64,000 nucleotides of DNA from Candidatus Dojkabacteria bacterium (GTDB taxonomy: Bacteria > Patescibacteriota > Dojkabacteria > SC72): NCBI GenBank assembly GCA_050950145.1, contig JBMNHB010000001.1, positions 428,820 through 492,819 of the forward strand, given 5' to 3'. The position numbers and the translations under genes were made by a program. The notes under the pieces were generated by a model. It was not told the DNA's origin, searched no databases, and saw nothing but the letters and a program-made list of their open reading frames with translations. Positions 58,082-64,000 of this stretch are shown here, piece after piece. Within the stretch, counting starts at the first letter, position 1. Every line of letters begins with the position of its first letter.

Positions 58082-60564
58082 TGAGAGTAACAACAGAACT
58101 ACTAAAAACAATTGGGAATATTACAGTAGAAAGTACAGAAATTGAAAAACTTTTAAAAGAGCATATTGCCAATGTTGAGTACTCTCACAATATTGGTGAG
58201 GATTACAAAGGAATTATAGTTGCAGAGATAGTTGAAAAAGAAGATCATCCAGATGCTGATAAATTAGGAATTTATCAAGTATTCACAGGGAAAGAGAGAG
58301 TTCAAGTTGTAGCAGGTGATAAGACATTAGAGATAGGGGATAAGGTAGCATACATACCACCTGGTTCAATTGTTCCAACAACAATATACACAGAAGAGAA
58401 GCCAATTATTATTGAATCCGTAAAGTTAAGAGGAGTTCAATCAAATGGAATGTTGGGATCTGAAAAAGAATTAAATCTTGGACCAGATCATGAATATGTA
58501 ATGAGACTCTCAGAAGATGCTAACCCTGGCACTTCATTTGCTAATTACTTCATTTTCAATGACATCGCTATTGAGATAGAAAATAAAGGATTAACAAACA
58601 GAGGAGATCTATTTGGATTAGTAGGTATTGCAAGAGAACTTACAGCTATTACTGGTAATAAATTTGAAAATCCTTCATGGTATACAGACAAGAAAAAAAA
58701 TCTTAAACCTGAAGAAAATTGTTTAAATATTCAGGTAGTTAATGATGCAGAAGCCCTATGTCCAAGATATGTAGCAGTAGCTATGGATCATGTAGTTGTC
58801 GGACCATCACCAATCTGGTTACAGTCAGCTTTACTAAGGCTAGATATTAAGCCTATCAATAATATCATTGATATCACAAACTATATTTCAGCTCTCTTCG
58901 GACAACCATTACATGCATTTGATTATGACAAAATTATAAAAATAGATCCTGCTCCAGATAATAAAGTAACTATAAATGTAAGAATGGCTAGACAAGGTGA
59001 AAAAATACTAGGACTAGACCATAAAACTCACGAGCTAAATGACAGAACTATTGTAATTGCAGATAATAACCATCCAATTGCAATTGCTGGCATTATTGGA
59101 GGACAAGATACTTCTGTAGATGAAAATAGTAAAAGAATTATCTTTGAATCAGCGAACTTTGATAAGAATAGTATAAGAAGAACATCTATGGAGTTAGGTA
59201 TCTCTACTGATGCTTCTACAAAATTCAAACATTCTCTTGATCCAGAGGCTTGTGTCCCTGCTATTCTAAGAGCAGTAGAACTAGCAAAAGAAATAGCAGA
59301 AGGAAAAGTAGCATCAGAGATTATAGATATATACGAAGAACCATATGAAGAAAAAATTGTAACTGTTGATATAGAAAGATTAAATACACATACCGGATTA
59401 GACTTAAGTAAGGAAGTCATGTCTACAATCTTAACAAACTTAGGATATAAAATAACTTCATCTGATAACTCCTTTATAACTGTTGTAGTACCTAGCTGGA
59501 GAAGAGATGTACAGATACCTGAAGATATTCATGAAGACATAGCAAGAATATATGGATACAATAATATAGAAGTAGAATTACCTAGAAGACCAATTACATC
59601 ATTAAAAGATAATAAGATATTTGATCTTAAAAAAGATATAAGAAAACAAGCATCTGCTTTAGGATTAAATGAAATTTTAACTTACAGCTTTACAAGTTTA
59701 GATAATTTCAAGAAGTCTTCTTTAGATGCAGACTTAGCATACAAAGTGAAAAATGCTCTTTCACCAGAATTATCTTTAATGAGAGTATCTCTACTACAAT
59801 CCATTTTCCAAAAAGTAAAAGAGAATAAAGAGAAAGGATTTAATAAATTTGGTCTATTTGAAATAAATATTCCACATATTAACACATATATTGGTGAAGA
59901 CTCCCTTCCAAAAGAAGATTGGCATTTTTCAGCTGTAATAATTGATTCAACAATATCAAATTTACAATCTTCGTACTATTTCGCCAAAAAATATACAGAA
60001 AAAATCCTATCTACTAGAAATGTAAAGGCTGACTTTGTACTTGTTGCTGATTCTTTAGAACAAGATTTAGACGAAGATATTAAAGCTATTCTAAATATTT
60101 TTGATCCTAATGTTTCTGCTTTGTGTATTGTTGATAAAAAAGTAATAGGTATTCTTGGAGAGATAAAAAACAATATTAAAGAAAACTACAAATTACCTGA
60201 ATATTCGTGTTGCATAGATATAAATCTTAATAAATTACTAGAAATTGAAACAACAAAGAAAGAATTTAGGGACATCCCAATATATCCCACTTATTCTGTA
60301 GACTTCTGTTTTGAAACTGATATGAATGTTACATATGGAGATATGGAAAAGGAACTAGATAAAATAATAAATAGTAATGACAGTTGGGGTAGAGTAGAAG
60401 GTCTAGATATTTATCAAGATAAAAAAGATAAAGAAAGAAAAAGAACTACTTTTAGAGTCATTGGGAGCAACTACAAGAAAACAGTAACAAATAAGGATAT
60501 AAAAGCAATCATAGATAAAATAGAAAAGAAGTTTAAAGAGAAATTTGAGGCAAAAATAATATAA
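58081..60564 (+). CDS. pheT: Phenylalanine--tRNA ligase beta subunit
   Basis: HPDADKL, LRGVQSNGMLGS, NRGD, QPLHAFD, PSWRRD and EDIARIYGY. Confidence 0.96.
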   Translation: MRVTTELLKTIGNITVESTEIEKLLKEHIANVEYSHNIGEDYKGIIVAEIVEKEDHPDADKLGIYQVFTGKERVQVVAGDKTLEIGDKVAYIPPGSIVPTTIYTEEKPIIIESVKLRGVQSNGMLGSEKELNLGPDHEYVMRLSEDANPGTSFANYFIFNDIAIEIENKGLTNRGDLFGLVGIARELTAITGNKFENPSWYTDKKKNLKPEENCLNIQVVNDAEALCPRYVAVAMDHVVVGPSPIWLQSALLRLDIKPINNIIDITNYISALFGQPLHAFDYDKIIKIDPAPDNKVTINVRMARQGEKILGLDHKTHELNDRTIVIADNNHPIAIAGIIGGQDTSVDENSKRIIFESANFDKNSIRRTSMELGISTDASTKFKHSLDPEACVPAILRAVELAKEIAEGKVASEIIDIYEEPYEEKIVTVDIERLNTHTGLDLSKEVMSTILTNLGYKITSSDNSFITVVVPSWRRDVQIPEDIHEDIARIYGYNNIEVELPRRPITSLKDNKIFDLKKDIRKQASALGLNEILTYSFTSLDNFKKSSLDADLAYKVKNALSPELSLMRVSLLQSIFQKVKENKEKGFNKFGLFEINIPHINTYIGEDSLPKEDWHFSAVIIDSTISNLQSSYYFAKKYTEKILSTRNVKADFVLVADSLEQDLDEDIKAILNIFDPNVSALCIVDKKVIGILGEIKNNIKENYKLPEYSCCIDINLNKLLEIETTKKEFRDIPIYPTYSVDFCFETDMNVTYGDMEKELDKIINSNDSWGRVEGLDIYQDKKDKERKRTTFRVIGSNYKKTVTNKDIKAIIDKIEKKFKEKFEAKII

Positions 60565-60565
60565 C

Positions 60566-63547
60566 TTACTGGATAGTTACTGTAATAATATTACTAACAA
60601 TATCATTCCCATTTGAAGATTGAGCAGAGGCAGATATTGTTGCTTGTCCTAACGATGTATCGGGAGGGATAGTTGCAACCCACACACCAGGACTTTCAAG
60701 AACACCGTTAACGTCCTTAGAGTTCACCTTAAATATTACACTCCCTGTAATACTACCAGTAACTTTCGCTTTCATCTGTGTTGTACCTCTTGTTACATTT
60801 GCACCATTTTCTGGAGATATAATAGAAATAGTAGCAATAACACCCGTAACTGTTACAGATACACTATTGCTGTGACTTTTTCCAGCAGAATCTTTTGCTG
60901 TAATAATAATATTCAAAGTTGGTGCAGTATTTGGTACTGAATAATTAATCACAAAAGTCCCATCGGCATTAACAGTTGGAATACCAACTCCAGGTACATT
61001 ACTACCATTTACTTTAACAGTAAATGAAGTTAAAGCTCCAGCAAAACGAACAGATCCTGCTATTTCTAAGTTTTTTCCTGATTCAACTTTCTGACCATTT
61101 GTTGGTCTGACAATATCAACAACAGGAGCATTACCAGGACCAAGTGGCAATGGACAAAGCTCTGTCTTCGGCTCCTCAAAAATATAAGAGCCTGAATCTA
61201 AGAGATGAGATCTATAAGCATCTACCTGATTAGGATTTTCTAATTTTGTAGTGAGAAGAATCTTAGGAGACGTCAAACCAAAAAGTTTTGCTGCATCTAA
61301 ATTAGTAGGAATAGCATCATTAGCAGTACAAACCTCTATCGTCTTTCTTGCATCTACCTGTGGAGCCCTACCAGCGATATATATTGATGCTTCTTTATTA
61401 CACTCAACTTCATCAGTAGGAGACCCTCCTGTATCAGTACACACAGAAGTTGTCATAATCCCAGCAGGTCTATTAAAATTAAACTCATTATATTTATCTA
61501 TTACCCTTCTAAAGAATGAATTAGTTATATCCAAAGAAACAGTAGAGGACCAACCACCAGGCATAACCTCATTGTTATTATTTCCATTCCAAACTCCAAC
61601 TACCAAACTCTGATTATACTGAAATGCTAATAAATCTTTAGGACCATCTGTGGTCCCTGTTTTTCCACAAAGTTTGTTCCTTCCAATATAGAATGATCTA
61701 TTCGCATACCTATCATTAAACCCATTCAAATCACAAATCATCCAGTTGACAACATACGCTTCTTTCTCATCTATAACCCTTTGTCCCTCGGACTCCTTAG
61801 CTTCTTTTAGTACTTTTCCTTTAGAATCCTCAACCTTTAATATCGCAGTACTTTCATGTCTAATACCACTATTTGCCAGTGTTGCATAAGCATTAGTTAA
61901 ATCTAACATCCTCATCTCTGCAGAACCAAGTCCAAGGCTCAAACCATAACTAGACTTACTTTCAATCCCCTGTATTCCAAGTTTCTGCATTAACTGAAGA
62001 TAATTATCAATCCCACCAACCTGTAGAGTATATACAGTAGGAATATTCCTAGAAAGGACCAAAGCTTTCCTCGCTGTTATCAACCCGTTGTACCTTCCAT
62101 CCCAGTTCTTAGGTTTATAGTTGCCAAAAGAGATACTATCAATATCTGGTGTTACCAACCAAGGACCATAACCCTGACTAATCATATTAAGATAAACAAA
62201 TGGTTTAACAGAAGAACCAGTTTGTCTCATACTAGTTGTAATATTTACATTCCCATCAATTCTTGGGTCTTCAATATTCCAATAATCAACAGAACCTACC
62301 ATTGCTAGAATCTGCCCATTCTTAGGATTCATAACAATCATTGCACCATTATTAACATTATGCCTTTTGTTGTCTGCAACACCCCTGATAATCTCCTCTT
62401 CTGCAATACCCTGTAAAGTAGGATCTAAAGTCGTTGTAACCTTAAGACCACCTCTTTGTACAACATCAACACCAAATTCTTCTTCTAACAATCCTTTGAC
62501 ATAGAAAACAAAATGTGGAGACTTAATATCTATTCTACTACTTTTGTATACTAATTCTTCATCCCTTGCAGCTTCAATATCCTCTTTAGAAACACCAAAA
62601 ATTCTCTGTTTCTGTTCTAATTGATCCAATACATAGTTCTGTCTGACCTTAGCCATTTCAGGCATGGCACCAAATATCGGAGCATAGTTACTAGGACTCT
62701 GAATTAAACCTGCAATTAAAGCACTCTCTGCTAATGTCAATTCACTTACATCTTTTCCAAAATATGAATTAGCAGCTGCTTGGAATCCATAATTTACACC
62801 TCCTAAGAAGACCTCATTCATATACATCTGTAAGATTTCATCCTTAGTAAATGTTTGCTCAACCTGCATTGTTATTAATGCTTCTTTAATCTTTCTAGAA
62901 AGAGTCCTTTCATACGCCTCTTTACCAAGAATATCTTCCAGCAATGTTGTTTTAACTAATTGTTGTGTAAGAGTACTTCCTCCTCTTACAACCTTTCCAC
63001 CTTTTAGATTCTGGAAAAAAGCTTTCATAATACCAAAGTAATCTAAGCCTTTATGTTGGTAAAATTCTGCATCCTCTGCTGCCAACAAAGCTTTCTTTGT
63101 ATGCTCAGGAACTTTATCCAACGGTATAAACTCCCTATTCTCATCCCCATAAACAGTGTAAAGAAGATTTCCATTTCTATCCAAAATTTGCGTACTTTGA
63201 TCTGACGACCTTTCAACTAACTGATCTGGAGAAGGAAGAGCATCACCAATCTTCTTCAAATATGCACCTAAAACTATCAAACCAACACACCCTATGAAAA
63301 ACCCAACACCCAAAACAATATATAATACTTTCTTTATCCTCTTCTTGAATTCTGGATTCTTACCACCTTTTTTATCTTTCCTAGATGACTTAGTACTACC
63401 AATACGATTGGAAGAATATTTCTTTACATTCTTGTATGTATTAAATCCAAAACTTGGAATTGATTTACCTAAGTTTCTTACAGTTTTTCTCCTTCTAGGA
63501 GAGAAACTACTTTTCTTAGAATTAGAAAATCCTACACTATATTTCAT
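60566..63547 (-). CDS. Class A PBP (PBP1a) with C-terminal Ig-like domains
   Basis: Transglycosylase EDAEFYQH, GGSTLTQQ and RKIKE; transpeptidase SSVK, SRN and KTGT. Start could be 63547 or 63556. Confidence 0.93.
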   Translation of the reverse strand: MKYSVGFSNSKKSSFSPRRRKTVRNLGKSIPSFGFNTYKNVKKYSSNRIGSTKSSRKDKKGGKNPEFKKRIKKVLYIVLGVGFFIGCVGLIVLGAYLKKIGDALPSPDQLVERSSDQSTQILDRNGNLLYTVYGDENREFIPLDKVPEHTKKALLAAEDAEFYQHKGLDYFGIMKAFFQNLKGGKVVRGGSTLTQQLVKTTLLEDILGKEAYERTLSRKIKEALITMQVEQTFTKDEILQMYMNEVFLGGVNYGFQAAANSYFGKDVSELTLAESALIAGLIQSPSNYAPIFGAMPEMAKVRQNYVLDQLEQKQRIFGVSKEDIEAARDEELVYKSSRIDIKSPHFVFYVKGLLEEEFGVDVVQRGGLKVTTTLDPTLQGIAEEEIIRGVADNKRHNVNNGAMIVMNPKNGQILAMVGSVDYWNIEDPRIDGNVNITTSMRQTGSSVKPFVYLNMISQGYGPWLVTPDIDSISFGNYKPKNWDGRYNGLITARKALVLSRNIPTVYTLQVGGIDNYLQLMQKLGIQGIESKSSYGLSLGLGSAEMRMLDLTNAYATLANSGIRHESTAILKVEDSKGKVLKEAKESEGQRVIDEKEAYVVNWMICDLNGFNDRYANRSFYIGRNKLCGKTGTTDGPKDLLAFQYNQSLVVGVWNGNNNNEVMPGGWSSTVSLDITNSFFRRVIDKYNEFNFNRPAGIMTTSVCTDTGGSPTDEVECNKEASIYIAGRAPQVDARKTIEVCTANDAIPTNLDAAKLFGLTSPKILLTTKLENPNQVDAYRSHLLDSGSYIFEEPKTELCPLPLGPGNAPVVDIVRPTNGQKVESGKNLEIAGSVRFAGALTSFTVKVNGSNVPGVGIPTVNADGTFVINYSVPNTAPTLNIIITAKDSAGKSHSNSVSVTVTGVIATISIISPENGANVTRGTTQMKAKVTGSITGSVIFKVNSKDVNGVLESPGVWVATIPPDTSLGQATISASAQSSNGNDIVSNIITVTIQ

Positions 63548-63699
63548 ACAATACATTATGCCCCTTTTTGTATGTAAATTTCAAGGCCAACCTGGTCTGT
63601 AAAGTTATACTTTTGTAGAAAGAGTTTTTTAATGTTTTGTTACGATTAGTTAATTTACTACAAGATAATATATGTTTTTTCAATATGGTATAATTCACT

Positions 63700-64000
63700 A
63701 TGCAAGACAAAATGAAACCACAAACATTAAAAGGATTTTACGATTACTTTGCGGATGATATGAATATCCGTAACTTCCTCAGGGATACTTTTCGCAATTT
63801 AGCCGAAAAATATGGTTTTGAACCATTAGAAACACCAGCTTTAGAGTATTCAGAATTAATTCTTGGACAGAGTGGGGCAGAGGCAGAGAAACTTTACTAC
63901 AAATTTCAAGATAACGGAGGTAGGAATGTAATGCTTAAATACGAATTAATGATTCCAATGTGTAGAGCTGTCGCAGAGAATATTAATAATATACCGATGC
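63700..64000 (+). CDS. hisS: Histidine--tRNA ligase, 5' part (truncated by the window)
   Basis: PQTLKGFYDY, YGFEPLETPALEY and YKFQDNGGR; TGGTATAAT 5 nt before the ATG. Confidence 0.9.
   Translation, partial: MQDKMKPQTLKGFYDYFADDMNIRNFLRDTFRNLAEKYGFEPLETPALEYSELILGQSGAEAEKLYYKFQDNGGRNVMLKYELMIPMCRAVAENINNIPM

Noticed and set aside
1571-63602. Numerous short antisense or overlapping ORFs in the track
   Set aside because: They are shadows of well-supported genes on the opposite strand or in another frame, with no motifs of their own.

Overview
AT-rich, densely coding bacterial chromosome segment. The gene style suggests a Patescibacteria/CPR organism, possibly Dojkabacteria (inference): almost no Shine-Dalgarno (SD) sites, many apparently leaderless genes, sortase-linked giant surface proteins and PBP1a with Ig-like tails. 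Contents: a sortase with a 2307-aa surface protein; an intact rve-type IS with a 5-bp target duplication; typA, queH, def, secG and pyk; three tRNAs; an island after tRNA-Leu with four radical SAM genes, a P-loop kinase and a full NAD salvage set (pncB, pncA, nadE, nadD, nrtR); a rearranged cell-wall/division cluster interrupted by a 3x165-bp repeat; and translation genes (tyrS, thrS-infC-rpmI-rplT, pheST, hisS). The most striking unexplained signal is three unrelated genes (pncB, an unannotated 59-aa membrane protein, an SPFH protein) that share one rRNA-operon-like wrapper: own promoter, 5' hairpin, boxA-like motif, 5'UTR arm complementary to a 3'UTR arm, a clear SD, and a long 3' hairpin. 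No database searches or folding programs were run; calls rest on motifs read from the sequence.
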